Shown: piece by piece, positions 48,628 to 59,500 of the stretch
How the letters are laid out: every line of letters begins with the position of its first letter
Numbering within the stretch: position 1 is the first letter of the stretch
NCBI GenBank assembly: GCA_943788935.1
Contig: CALSSE010000001.1
Coordinates: 87,269-151,268 of the forward strand
DNA length: 64,000 nt
Source: an uncultured bacterium
GTDB lineage: Bacteria > Myxococcota_A > Bradymonadia > UBA7976 > VGTA01
Direction of reading: 5' to 3'
Made by a program: the position numbers and the translations under genes
The notes under the pieces: model-generated
Told to the model about the DNA's origin: nothing
What the model saw: only the letters and a program-made list of their open reading frames with translations
The model's database searches: none

Positions 48628-49553
48628 GCTCCTCATCGATCGATGCGCTCCTCAGTATCTTTGAGAGAGAGAGAGCAGGTCTTAGCTTTGAAGAGTCACT
48701 CTCTCGTATCGATCATGCTGAGATGTGGGTAAGAATCGCAGTAGGGGATGAAGAGGTCGCTAATCGACTTTATCAGCAGTGCAAAGATTGGCTAGACACT
48801 GTGGAGAGCTCTCCCCTTCACGTAGGATTAGCCATGCACTATATTCGAAGTCTAGGTGCTCGACACCTCCTAGATTCGGTCGCGACGTGGTTATCAACCT
48901 TCATTCACAGTAAGGAGCAAACGTCTAGTCAAGAGCCTAGTCAAGATCAAGATCAGAGCTCTTGTTGGTTCACCACAGTAAATCCCCTCTCTCAATATAC
49001 CCCTGAGGCTACTCCATGGAGAGAGGCGCTAGAGGCTCGGGAGCGTCTCCGCGATGGGGTGAGTCGTTTTGCCCACCTCGCTCCGCTGTTCTCTGAGTCA
49101 AGTTTAGGCTACACTGCCCTTTCTTTGATTGGAGACTTGAGCATCTCAGGACATCCCGCGATGGGGAGAGCGCTCGCTCATGTCAGCGCTCACTTATCAG
49201 CCTCTGTAGGAGACAGGTTTTATACGGAGACCCTGAGCGCAGATGATAAGTTACGACTCTCAGCATGGCTTTGGGACCATCTAGATCTGAAAGCTGACCT
49301 CACTCCCCTTTTACCGGTCGCTGCTAAGTGCCTTAATGGACGCTCCGATCGAGCTGAAGTCTTAGCGATTCGACTCGCGCTACTCTCACCCGAGAGCGCG
49401 ACGCTTATCTGCCAATCATTAGTGTCACTTGAGCTTGAGCAGCGTCAGCGCTTCGCGATGATGCTAGAGAAGCAACTGAAGAGAGTTGGTAAAATAAGGC
49501 TCTGGGTGAGTTGCCGAGAGCTGCTCTTCGATCGCCCAAGAGGTCAGCGGTAA
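48624..49553 (+). CDS. Hypothetical helical protein
   Basis: 309-aa ORF with a GTGA overlap with the upstream stop. Confidence 0.5.
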   Translation: MSSSSIDALLSIFERERAGLSFEESLSRIDHAEMWVRIAVGDEEVANRLYQQCKDWLDTVESSPLHVGLAMHYIRSLGARHLLDSVATWLSTFIHSKEQTSSQEPSQDQDQSSCWFTTVNPLSQYTPEATPWREALEARERLRDGVSRFAHLAPLFSESSLGYTALSLIGDLSISGHPAMGRALAHVSAHLSASVGDRFYTETLSADDKLRLSAWLWDHLDLKADLTPLLPVAAKCLNGRSDRAEVLAIRLALLSPESATLICQSLVSLELEQRQRFAMMLEKQLKRVGKIRLWVSCRELLFDRPRGQR

Positions 49554-51175
49554 CGAAAACCGATCAGTGGATCAATAAAGGGCGCAGCGGTGATCCAAGC
49601 GATGGGGTAGGGAATCCATAATGCTCGCTCTCTATGAATGCGTTGAAAGTGATCCTCTGCCCGTCTTTGGGCATCGGTCATCTCTCTTGAGTCTTCGATG
49701 GTCAGTTCACCGATATGGGCATGAGTCTCCCTATAGAGAGTATGTACATGAGCTAATCTCTCTGCATATTGAATCTCACCTCGAAGCTGGTTGGCCATAG
49801 ATTGGTATTCTGAACAAAGCGAGCGGAGCAGCTCTAGTCTTCCTCCTATATCTCTGCCTCCTATATCTCTGCCTCCTATATCTCTGAAGACTAGCGGTTG
49901 CTTATCCTCACCGAAGGGGATTTGGTCTAAGAGAGGGTGCTCAAGGATAAGGATTGGGCCGCAGAGTTCGGTTAACCGAGCTTGAAGTGAGGAGACATGC
50001 TCGTTGACTTGACTAATGAGTTGATCAGCAGCGATCGGATCAATGTCGTTTAAGCTAGAGTCATCATGTTTATTGATAAGAGGGGAGTGACTTAAGCGTT
50101 GCTGATGGAGTGAGAGGAGCTGATCACGAGTTGTCTGTACTGCATGCAGGGCAGCATCAGCCGCTTGAGCATCGAGTTGGAGACGATAAGACTGAAAAAC
50201 GCCGATCATTTCACAGACCTTTAACGCCACTCGCCGGAGATGCAGTTGAGCCCTCAGAGTAGGTAGATTCTGTTGTGAAACCCATCCTTTACCAAAAGTA
50301 ATCTCTCGCCAAGCGCTGCGCAGCTCTGAGAGACTGCTTATCTCTTGACCATCAGCGAGCGTCATCTGGGCATTCGGAGGTACTTTAGGAATAAAGTCAT
50401 GAATAAATGCTTTAATCTCTGGGCGGTCCCAATAATGTTTAAGCCATTGTGGAGTGGTGAAGAGGTCAATCTTCTCCGCGTAGCTAGTCTCTTCGATCAA
50501 GAAGGCGAGCGCCTCAGCGCGTTGGCCTCGGCGTGAGGGGAGCTGAGGGAGAGCTCGATGACCATCGAGATACACCGAGAAGAGCCACTCCGCCCTCTCT
50601 TCCCCCACTAATCCTGAGGCAGCGAGAGCTTGGGGAGCAGTGAAGGCGATAGCGTGGCTTCGATGAGCACCGGCGGGCCATAGCTCTTCAAATAGCTCAG
50701 CTTCAGCCAGTAGCTCAGGAGCCTCAATATCTCCTAGATAGACGGCGCATGCTTCAGCGAGAGCGTGAAAACTGTGACGCTCTCGTGAGGAGATTAAAGA
50801 TAAGCCTCCACAGAGTCCAAAAGCAGCCCATAAGGCATGAACAGCCTCATGAATTTGATGATAGATCACCTTAACGCTAGATTGTTGAATGCTCTGTAGC
50901 CAACGATGATCACCAAACCCTGCGACACCTAAAGCATAATCAGTGAGGAGAGGAGTCACTCCTGAAAAGGGATTCCATTGTACTAAGAGAGGATCAGTCT
51001 CAGTAAGTACTAACCCTTGATGACCCAGCTGGTCAGCGGCTAGGAGTAGATCATGGAGCGTCTCTGGAAGAGTAAAGTCAAAGCCAATGTTGTTCAGAGA
51101 GTCGCTGATGCTGAGTCGCTGACCTGGGATGAGCACATATTTGGCGGCAAACTCGGAAAAGGCTTCATCGTCCAT
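49544..51175 (-). CDS. Hypothetical protein with HExxH zincin-like motif
   Basis: QIHEAVHALW followed by FHALAEACA (candidate third ligand Glu). Confidence 0.5.
   Translation of the reverse strand: MDDEAFSEFAAKYVLIPGQRLSISDSLNNIGFDFTLPETLHDLLLAADQLGHQGLVLTETDPLLVQWNPFSGVTPLLTDYALGVAGFGDHRWLQSIQQSSVKVIYHQIHEAVHALWAAFGLCGGLSLISSRERHSFHALAEACAVYLGDIEAPELLAEAELFEELWPAGAHRSHAIAFTAPQALAASGLVGEERAEWLFSVYLDGHRALPQLPSRRGQRAEALAFLIEETSYAEKIDLFTTPQWLKHYWDRPEIKAFIHDFIPKVPPNAQMTLADGQEISSLSELRSAWREITFGKGWVSQQNLPTLRAQLHLRRVALKVCEMIGVFQSYRLQLDAQAADAALHAVQTTRDQLLSLHQQRLSHSPLINKHDDSSLNDIDPIAADQLISQVNEHVSSLQARLTELCGPILILEHPLLDQIPFGEDKQPLVFRDIGGRDIGGRDIGGRLELLRSLCSEYQSMANQLRGEIQYAERLAHVHTLYRETHAHIGELTIEDSREMTDAQRRAEDHFQRIHRERALWIPYPIAWITAAPFIDPLIGFRYR
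49842..49886. repeat. Coding 15-bp tandem repeat x3 encoding (RDIGG)3 on the minus strand
   Basis: CCTCCTATATCTCTG x3. Confidence 0.92.
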
Positions 51176-51221
51176 CGCTGCCCCCTTTATCAGGTTTTAC
51201 AAACTTGGATTAGTGGTATAC

Positions 51222-52493
51222 TCAAGGCGTCATGGGTGCGGCGCTACGAATCACTGAAGAGACGGCTGCCCCCCACCATCGCTCAGATTGAACATTAATG
51301 ATAGCCACTTCTCTACTCGCTAGATCGATCACCAAAACCGAGCCGCTCTCATCGAACGCGAAGAGCTTTCCCCTCCAACCAGCGAGACCATAGATACTTG
51401 AATACCCATCGAGAGTGATAAAGTCTTCGACGTCGTTAGGATTAATGGGATTAACGCTAATGATAATATCACTGTTCACTCCCGCCCTCTTCACTGAGGC
51501 GTAGGTGCCGACTTCTTCAATCGAGAAAGCGTCACCGCTAGAGCGCTCATTAGGATAAATACCGAGGAGCTCATCGACAAGTATATCTCGTAAAAAGTCA
51601 AGTCTCCGCCAGCTACCAGTACTATCGATGCCTACCAAAACATCTCTAGGCTCTCCAAAGAATGAACCGGAGACGAAGGTCAACCCATTAAAGTTAGTAA
51701 ATGGCAGACGCGCTTGGTTTCGACACTCGCCGGTTTGAGGATGGCAGAGCCATAAGGTATTAAAAGTGATCGCCCATAAGACCCCTGCTCGATCAATCGC
51801 GATATCAGTGACTTGATGATTTCCGATGGTATCGAAACTAAAGTCTGCCACATGATTCAGGGTGAGACTCTTGACGTCAAGCGCATAGAGAGCGCTCGCG
51901 GTTTGGGCATAGACTGTATCGGGGAGAGCTCTCCCCGGCCACGCAGGGTCCATGGGTGAGGGGTCCCAGAGGTTAGGGATCCTGTCTCCATCGTCATCTG
52001 CTTCACAGACATCGCCCACGCCATTAGCATCGATATCTGATTGTTCGGGATTATACATATCGGGGCAGTTATCTTCTTCATTGGAGAGTCCATCATAGTC
52101 TCTATCATCCATGACAGTTTGCCCTGCTGATGGGGTCTCTGTCGTATCATCACCTCCTACAGCGAGACCTCCCATACCCTCTGAGCCTGAGGTGGTCATT
52201 TCAGTATTAAGGTCGCTTGCCTCTTCATCCCCACCGGCATCTGCACCCGCATCCGCATCCCCACCGGCTCGCTCACCAGCGCCGACTCCCCCCTGTGACC
52301 AAGGGCTCACTTCTCCCTCTGAAGATTCTTGATTTTGGTCACAGGAGAGAGCGGTCATACTGAGAATGAGCGCTACACAGCCTATGAAAAGATCGCTCAT
52401 TAAAAGTGAGGGAGACTTATTTAAGGTGTCAGTTTTATGTTGGATTTTCATTATCATGTTTGCTCGTGTTAAGGGCGGTGGCAAAGTGAGCAA
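51222..52493 (-). CDS. Lipoprotein with TSP3 repeats and C-terminal beta-propeller
   Basis: Lipobox TALSC, TSP3 motif DNCP..YNPEQSDIDANGVGDVC, propeller-like blades. Start uncertain (internal Mets). Confidence 0.72.
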   Translation of the reverse strand: MLTLPPPLTRANMIMKIQHKTDTLNKSPSLLMSDLFIGCVALILSMTALSCDQNQESSEGEVSPWSQGGVGAGERAGGDADAGADAGGDEEASDLNTEMTTSGSEGMGGLAVGGDDTTETPSAGQTVMDDRDYDGLSNEEDNCPDMYNPEQSDIDANGVGDVCEADDDGDRIPNLWDPSPMDPAWPGRALPDTVYAQTASALYALDVKSLTLNHVADFSFDTIGNHQVTDIAIDRAGVLWAITFNTLWLCHPQTGECRNQARLPFTNFNGLTFVSGSFFGEPRDVLVGIDSTGSWRRLDFLRDILVDELLGIYPNERSSGDAFSIEEVGTYASVKRAGVNSDIIISVNPINPNDVEDFITLDGYSSIYGLAGWRGKLFAFDESGSVLVIDLASREVAIINVQSERWWGAAVSSVIRSAAPMTP

Positions 52494-52498
52494 CTATT

Positions 52499-52514
52499 TG
52501 TAACGGTTGTTACA
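52499..52514. promoter_or_regulatory. Palindrome TGTAAC-GGTT-GTTACA (TGTA-N8-TACA); candidate transcription-factor operator
   Basis: Perfect 6-bp arms in an AT-rich region directly upstream of the minus-strand TSP3 lipoprotein gene. Confidence 0.4.
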
Positions 52515-52654
52515 TATAAGATCTTGTACGTTGTTTAGCGCTGTTAAATCAAGGGTAAACGGGAGTGCAGATGAGCGGACTGCCCGAATGAGACAACCAC
52601 ATGGGCTGACTAAGATGAAATATTAAGATAATGAGCAGGGCGTAATGAAGGGGT

Positions 52655-54157
52655 CTATATCCCTAGCGCAGCAGCGCCAGCGACGAGTCCGATTGTGCAT
52701 AGTGCAGTGCCTAAGAAAGTGTTTACGCTGTCTCCAAAAGAAGGAGCGAGGTCAGGGAAAGGAGTATCAGAGAGCTCTCCTGTACCACTTGTATGTCGGT
52801 CTACTCCTTCCAGATGATCCGCCACATAGAACAAGAGTTTTGCCCCCATATGCTTGGACTCTTCATCATCGGTGAGATTCAAGTAGACAGGTAACTGGTG
52901 GGGTCCTATCCGTTGTGTGACCTGCCCACCAAGTGAGTCGCTCACTATCGCAGGTTGCCAATCTCCTCGAGAGAGACCTCCCTCTTCTTGAGGAGTATAT
53001 CTCAAAGCCAATGGCTCGTCCCCCTCTCCTCCTGTGTAATACACTGACAGCGGTTGACCGCTCGATGACCAATTAAGCGCCATCGCTCCATCAGGGCCCA
53101 TGGCATAGTTCAGGCGACCTTGTGAGTCATACTCGATCTCAATGCGTTCATTTCCGGCGCTAAGTGAGCTGAGCTGAGCTCTCTCGTCATAGTGGTAAGT
53201 GATCTCTTGCTCATCTCCACTTTGAATCGCGCTTAAACGACCAAATGTGTCATATAATCGGCGAGTCTCATGTCCTGTCGGGCTAGTATAAACGAGGCGG
53301 GAGCCTCCCTCCTCTTTGGTAAAGCGCCACACTTGCCCCATCGAGTCTTCGATCCTCTCTAGCTGATTATCTACATACGCATAACGATCAACCGAGCCAT
53401 CGGGAGCGTGTCGCTCTGAAAGCTGACAATCAGAATCATAGATAAGATCATAGCAGAGATCTGCTCGGTCACAGTATCGGCTAGGTGACCCACAGTTGCC
53501 TTCCCACTCAAAACGTATCAATGGACGATCAGTCTCGTCTCGTGCGGTGATGAGTTGGCCCTCCTCATTGAGCTCAAAGAGCTCTCTCGCTTCAAGTTCA
53601 GTAGGCTCTATCGGTTCACCTATTTGATCTACTTCACTGATCACCTCTCCGCTCCATGAACGTTCAATAAGCTGCCCTGAGTCATTATAAATATAGTTGT
53701 GTCTTTCGAGTTCTGGACCATCAAGTGTCGCTCGGAGCGTCCATCGTTCTAGCGCTCCGGTCTCATTATAGCGATACTCGATGACTCGACCCGCTCCTCT
53801 CAGATAGCGTACTGTTTTAGTCTGCGAGTCGTATAGCTGAACTTCACACCCTCTTAAACTCTCTCGAGGATTTGTGCCCGCAGGACAGTGCCCTAGCGCC
53901 TCTCCATTTGCCCGATAGAGAAGCTCGTCATGTCGGTGATCTCGACTAACATGAGTGATCAGTCTAGGACTCTGAGCAGCGAGATATGAGAAGCGTGTCG
54001 TCACCTCAGCAGCATTTTGAATCTCTCTTAGACGTCCATTAGGGTCATAACTGAGAGTCGCCTGAAGAACAGGCTCACGCTCAACTCCAGCCTCATCAGC
54101 TTCATAGACGGATACCTCAACGGGGCGTCCTTCACTGTCTGTATTACGACTAATCAA
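52655..54157 (-). CDS. YD/RHS-repeat protein, short and possibly 5'-truncated
   Basis: Repeated Y.YD..G.L units (YNETGAL, YNDSGQL, YDTFGRL, YDERAQL, YDSQGRL). No RHS-core PxxxxDPxG motif seen; hydrophobic C-terminus. Confidence 0.75.
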   Translation of the reverse strand: MISRNTDSEGRPVEVSVYEADEAGVEREPVLQATLSYDPNGRLREIQNAAEVTTRFSYLAAQSPRLITHVSRDHRHDELLYRANGEALGHCPAGTNPRESLRGCEVQLYDSQTKTVRYLRGAGRVIEYRYNETGALERWTLRATLDGPELERHNYIYNDSGQLIERSWSGEVISEVDQIGEPIEPTELEARELFELNEEGQLITARDETDRPLIRFEWEGNCGSPSRYCDRADLCYDLIYDSDCQLSERHAPDGSVDRYAYVDNQLERIEDSMGQVWRFTKEEGGSRLVYTSPTGHETRRLYDTFGRLSAIQSGDEQEITYHYDERAQLSSLSAGNERIEIEYDSQGRLNYAMGPDGAMALNWSSSGQPLSVYYTGGEGDEPLALRYTPQEEGGLSRGDWQPAIVSDSLGGQVTQRIGPHQLPVYLNLTDDEESKHMGAKLLFYVADHLEGVDRHTSGTGELSDTPFPDLAPSFGDSVNTFLGTALCTIGLVAGAAALGI

Positions 54158-54272
54158 TGAGGTTCTAGTTTGCTTTGAGGGCTGTCACTTAGCAATGGAA
54201 TAGAGGAAAGTGCCTCTCCTCCTCATCTTCTTCCTCATCCTCCTTCTCATGAGAGAAGTCTTAATCTACTAT

Positions 54273-56345
54273 TTATTCAGGGTCACAAGCTCCATCACAG
54301 ACTTGGTTGATGAGCCCCTCCTCAATGAAGTCTATAATATGGCGACGATAGCTCTCTAGTCGCCTCACGGTTCCATGAGTTCCGTTATCTTCGGGCTGAG
54401 GTTGGTTCCCTTCTAGGTAAGGCGTGACTTGCTCATCATAGACGATCATGGCGCTAGAGAGGTCGAGCTGATCTCGCTCAGAGAGGGGAGCTTCGAGGGT
54501 GTCTAGACCCCAAATCGGCTTAGGACTAGGAGTCATAAGAGGAATGTTGGCGCTTCGAGCGACCCACTCAGTCACCATATTATGAACTTGACTGTCATGA
54601 ACCGCCATATGCAGTTGAGCTCTCAGCGGACGGCGTCCCTCAAAGCGTGGCGAAATCAGATGATCGACATAGTTGATAGGATCGACGGGGTCTAGCTGTT
54701 CTTGTAGCATCGCTAAATAGAGTTGGAGCTCAAGTGGGTCATCGAACTCTTGAGTGACGAGTAGACCGAGATTATTCCACTGGGTCGCTCTCTGTAGAAA
54801 GTGAGAGAGCCCTGCCCCTCCGACCACTAAGACAGCTTGCTCAATAAGGGTTGAGGTGGCGCTATACAGGTATCCAAATGTTCCTCCATTAGAGATCCCC
54901 ATATACACAATTCGTTGGGGATCAAGCTCGGGGTACTCAAGGCTTAATTGATTACGGAGATACCGGGTCATAATTGTATAATTAATCATAGTTTGCATTA
55001 CCTCCGCTCGAGCGAGGTGAAAGGCATTCAGGTCGCCGGTGAGGGCTCTGATCAATAAGGGGAGGACACCGCTATGCATTCCAAAGTTCATCCCGATCGC
55101 GTTAAAGCGACCACTAACACACAGGTCATTAAAAGAGGACCTCACCGCCTGAGGATGGTCCCCTAGGAACCCATGGCCATAGATGATGATCGGCCTCGGC
55201 TCGTCGACTGTACGCGGTATCGCCATCGAGAATGGGTATTGAGCGACACCTACTGCGATGGGGTGACCGCTCTCATCTCTCTCGAGCCCACGTTCTCCAA
55301 CATAGAGCGGCATCTCAAATACTCCTCGAATGATCCGATTGGTGGCGTCGACATTATCTTCAGTTACCTCATAAGTTGTGAGTGGCCATGAGGCAGCCTG
55401 CTCTTGCATCGTCAACAGATCACCGGTGAGCTGCTCTTCAGAGCGAGTATGAAAGCTCCAAGTCAAGATAACGCTCTCAAAGTCTATTCCGCTTTGCTCA
55501 ATGACAGCTTTTGACTCCATAAACTTAGGAATCTGAATATCTAGGGGTTCAAAACCGGTTATCTCTGTGTTCATGCTCGCCATCTTGAGCGCCATGAAAG
55601 CCTCTGACATCTCGTAGGAAGAGCCTTCGAGATCCTTCAAGTTTGAGCGAATCACGACCGTGTAACTCGCGTTAGCTTTCAGAACGATAGCAGGTCTTAG
55701 GATGAGCGCTCGGCGGAGAGGATCATCACTCATAAGGTCAATCTCTGCGATATGAGGGACCCGAGTTCCGGTTTGATGATGAATAATAAAAGTCGAGGAG
55801 GTATCAGCGATAGACTCTCCTAGGTTCTCTGAACTCGGCAGGGAGAGCCGGTCTATTCCCCTCGGCCAAGCGCTGAGGATCATGGGCAACCGAGAGAAAC
55901 CATCATGACCATCGAACGCCTCTGCTGGCAGAGAGCTGGGCATGAGCTGCTCGGGAATATTGACCTGATAGCCGGTGACCGTCTGAGGAGCCTCTTGGAG
56001 GAAATAGTCTGAGGGATAAGGATATAAGCCGACCTCGGGGTTGAGAGGGTTCCCTCCCTCAATGTTGGGTAAAGAGAAGGGAGGTTCGGCGTCAAGCTCA
56101 ATACCGGTATCAGAGAGACCCTCTCCCATATCTTCGAGGGTGGAGTCTTGGCTTCCCAGTCCTCCGTCAACATCGCCTCCATCAACATCGCCTCCATTAG
56201 GATCAATGACCTCGCGATCGAGAGGAGTCTCTACCGCCTGATCCATTAGGTCTGAGAGAGGGAGTGGCTTGTCTTCACAAGCACAAGCGAGAGAGCCAAT
56301 GATCAGAAAGAGAGAAGGGAGACTTAAGGTCTTGAGAGATCGCAT
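54273..56345 (-). CDS. Lipoprotein with Ig-like N-terminal region and alpha/beta-hydrolase domain
   Basis: Lipobox LACAC, YPYPSDYF and DGFS motifs, YGHGFLG oxyanion region, nucleophile elbow GISNGG. Confidence 0.7.
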   Translation of the reverse strand: MRSLKTLSLPSLFLIIGSLACACEDKPLPLSDLMDQAVETPLDREVIDPNGGDVDGGDVDGGLGSQDSTLEDMGEGLSDTGIELDAEPPFSLPNIEGGNPLNPEVGLYPYPSDYFLQEAPQTVTGYQVNIPEQLMPSSLPAEAFDGHDGFSRLPMILSAWPRGIDRLSLPSSENLGESIADTSSTFIIHHQTGTRVPHIAEIDLMSDDPLRRALILRPAIVLKANASYTVVIRSNLKDLEGSSYEMSEAFMALKMASMNTEITGFEPLDIQIPKFMESKAVIEQSGIDFESVILTWSFHTRSEEQLTGDLLTMQEQAASWPLTTYEVTEDNVDATNRIIRGVFEMPLYVGERGLERDESGHPIAVGVAQYPFSMAIPRTVDEPRPIIIYGHGFLGDHPQAVRSSFNDLCVSGRFNAIGMNFGMHSGVLPLLIRALTGDLNAFHLARAEVMQTMINYTIMTRYLRNQLSLEYPELDPQRIVYMGISNGGTFGYLYSATSTLIEQAVLVVGGAGLSHFLQRATQWNNLGLLVTQEFDDPLELQLYLAMLQEQLDPVDPINYVDHLISPRFEGRRPLRAQLHMAVHDSQVHNMVTEWVARSANIPLMTPSPKPIWGLDTLEAPLSERDQLDLSSAMIVYDEQVTPYLEGNQPQPEDNGTHGTVRRLESYRRHIIDFIEEGLINQVCDGACDPE

Positions 56346-56538
56346 ATGGTGCCTCGATGAGGAGTGATAAAGGGGGAACTAAGAAAAGAGGATATCTTCT
56401 GCCTATGAGATTTCATAGAGGATCATTGTAGATATCCACAGGGGTGGGCGATGGAGAGTCTAGAGTGGGGGTACGACTCAGATCTGTGCTTGTAACTAAA
56501 ACCGAATTGCTTCAAAACATAGACTCAGACTTGTTAGT

Positions 56539-59500
56539 TTGCAGTGTGTGTTGCTGCCGAGGGAGATGACCTTAACTTTGAATCGTTCGTTCAATGACAT
56601 GCCCTTCGACCCGACCCCCCACCCGGCTCATTTCGCCTTAGAGAGCTCAACGCCAACCGCAGATGACCCTCTCTGTCTCACTCTTCTTCAAGCGCCTCCT
56701 GGTCGACCTCAGCGTAAGCGAATTGATCGCTATGGCGTTAAACACGCCATCCCTCCTTTGGTATGGGGAGCGCACTATGTGAAGTGCGCTGATTACCAAA
56801 GCCTTGGGGAGTTGATGACCTTCTTGGAATATCAACCCTCATTGATCGTTATTCGAGGGTGTCCGCCTCAAGATAAAGCACATTATGCCCCTAATTTAGA
56901 GAGTCTCAGAGCGTCTATGGATCGACTTGAGCATTCTTGGAGCTTTGCTCAAGCGATCTATCAAGACCTCTCTGCCGCTAGGCGACTGTTTAAGAGACTA
57001 GAGGGAGAAGGTGATTCGACTCTTCAGCGTCGTCAAAAACTCACCGTCCAGATTCAAGAGTACTTTGATGGCTTATACGCGATCGGATGGCTCCCACGAC
57101 GTAAGTCGATCTTCAAAGAGGTACCGAGAAGTTGGGTTTGGCTCGATTTAGATCAAGGTCTAGAGCTTCCCTCTTCTTTTCAGCTTACCCATCGAGCGGA
57201 TCATCACGCGGCGCTTCGATGGATCGTGAGACAAGGGCTCCCCCCCTCTTTTCATGAGGTGAGCTTCGTCGGCCAATGGTCGAGCAGCGCCTTTATGAGA
57301 GGGATGAAAGTGAAGGCTCACTTCGCCTTTCTCTTTGAGCAACCGCTCAGCGAAGCGGCGCTGAAGGCTTGGCATGGGGTGAGAGGGGTCTATAATTGGC
57401 CGGTAAAGTGGGATCCCGCTACCTTTAGAACGGTACAACCTCACTTCACTGCGGCCCCAAAGTTTATCGACACCCCCTCGCCCATAAATGAGCGAACGTT
57501 TCCGGTCAACGGGCTCTATGACTCCGTCCCTCTAGATGACCTCTCGGTGATGAAATTGGAGGTACAGGGTCGATCTCTGAGCGGTGGACGCTCTAAGCGG
57601 CCGGCTCAAGCGACCTCTTCTTCGGTAACATCTAGAAAAGCGAAGCGACACTCTGCTCAATCAACAGCTAAAACCCACTTAGTAGACAAAACCCACTCAG
57701 CAGACAAAACTAATCAACCGGAGGGCGCTGACCACTTTCGACAGGGTCAAGAGGAGACTCTCGTTCGACCACAGTGGCGGGACTATCCCGCAGAGCAGCA
57801 CCCTGAAGTAGAGAGGGTCCTAGAGGTTCAAGTTGAACGATTGAGCCAAGCGGAAGAGGGGCAACGTAATCAAGCTCTCTACCGAGCGGCTTGCGTCCTT
57901 GGCCGATATCAAGGAGGAGGGCTGATCAGTCAAGCTGCGCTTAATCGAGCTCTATTACAAGGAGCAGAGCAATGTGGACTGCTCATTAAAGTGGGTGAGC
58001 CAGAGTGCCTCCGTCAGATCTATAATGGAGTCCGTTGGGGATCTAGTCGTCCCATTAATCCAACGACGGTGAGCTCCGCGCTTTCCCTGCGTGATCGGGG
58101 TTACACCGAACGGCTCTCTGCACGACTCCAACGAGCGATCGTTGAGGCTAAAGAAGACCCTCGTAAAATCCCAGTGATCGCTTTGACCTGTGGAGGAGGA
58201 AAAACCTCTGCGCTGAGAGCGCTGATGGCGGTTGATGCTGCTGCTGGAGAGCCGAGGGTAGTGCTCTGTCGAAATCATCTTATGGCCGCAGAATTTCTAG
58301 AGGCGCTTAATAGCTATGCTGAGACACATCAGCTCAACATTAAGAATAAGGTCCGACTGCTTGAGGGCATGCAGAGGCATTGTCGAGTCCTCAAAGAAGC
58401 CAGCCCTGCGCAGGCGAGCCGACTACACAGCGCGCTCGCTTATGGTCGGCAAGCCCTCTGCGGTCGGGGGAAGTCTCGCTGTGAATATGCGAAGAAGTGT
58501 CAAGGCTCTAAGCGACCGCAGGCTTTGAAGCGAGGAGTGACGATTGCGACCCATGCTATGGGCCCAATCCTTGAGATCCCCGAAGGAGCGGTCATCGTCA
58601 TCGATGAACTCCCGACCCCAGTAAAGGGGGTGAAAATTACCCTCTCGGACCTCGTTCCACTCTCTCGGGAGAGCGAGCAACGTGATTTACCTCTTCTAGA
58701 CTCCTTTCAAGGTTGGCGAGACGCACATCCCCAACTCCATGAGGTATCTAAAGCTGTTCAAGAAGTTTTAGACCAACTCGCTAAGAGCCCAAATCTCGCT
58801 GACCAAGATTATGGCCAAACGCTAGACCCTGAAGAAGCGTTGTTGATCTTCTCATCTCTGATCAATCCTCTCGCCGAGCTTCAGGCGGTTGAGCTGAGCC
58901 CGATGCCTTTACCGCCTCCGCAGAGCACTCGCCGTGGTGTTTGGCCTCAGCTCCCCAAACGTGGGGTGATCGAGGCGCTACTAGAGCTCGCACGAGAGGT
59001 CCCTGATGGAGTGTGGCCAAGCTCTATTTCTGTCCACTGGCGAAGACAAGAGGCCTGGCTAGAGTTGCGCGAAGTCTATGCGCTGCCTCAAGGCTCTTTG
59101 GTGTGTTTGGATGGGACAGCTCATAGAACAGAGCATATTTGGTCTCATCTCGCTAAGAGCTCGCCGTTGAGCCTTGAGAAGTCCTTCACTTCTAAGAGTA
59201 GAGCTCTATCCGAAGGAAGGCCCGTTCGCTCAGGAGACCTACCTTCACCTTATCAGCTCAACCGACGAGCATCGGGAAGAGATTCATTAAACGGTAATGA
59301 TGAGCGCCTCATAGAGCAAGTGCTAGATCGTCCGCAGAGCCATGACACCCCATTGGACAGGGTGAGGTGAGGTGAGGTTGAGGTTGAGGTTGAGGTTGAG
59401 GTTGAGGGGGATCGCTCTCGTGAGGTAGATATTTGGCCGATCGCCGCCGTAGGAGAACCTCCCCTCTTCTCCCGTTGGATCAAAACTCAATCTCTGAGGA

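Noticed and set aside
59368-59370. Selenocysteine or genome-wide TGA recoding to explain the in-frame TGAs (59368, 54185, 3483)
   Set aside because: Many intact genes here end in TGA, Trp is encoded by TGG, no SECIS-like hairpin follows the codon, and the position is a low-complexity linker rather than a catalytic Cys site.
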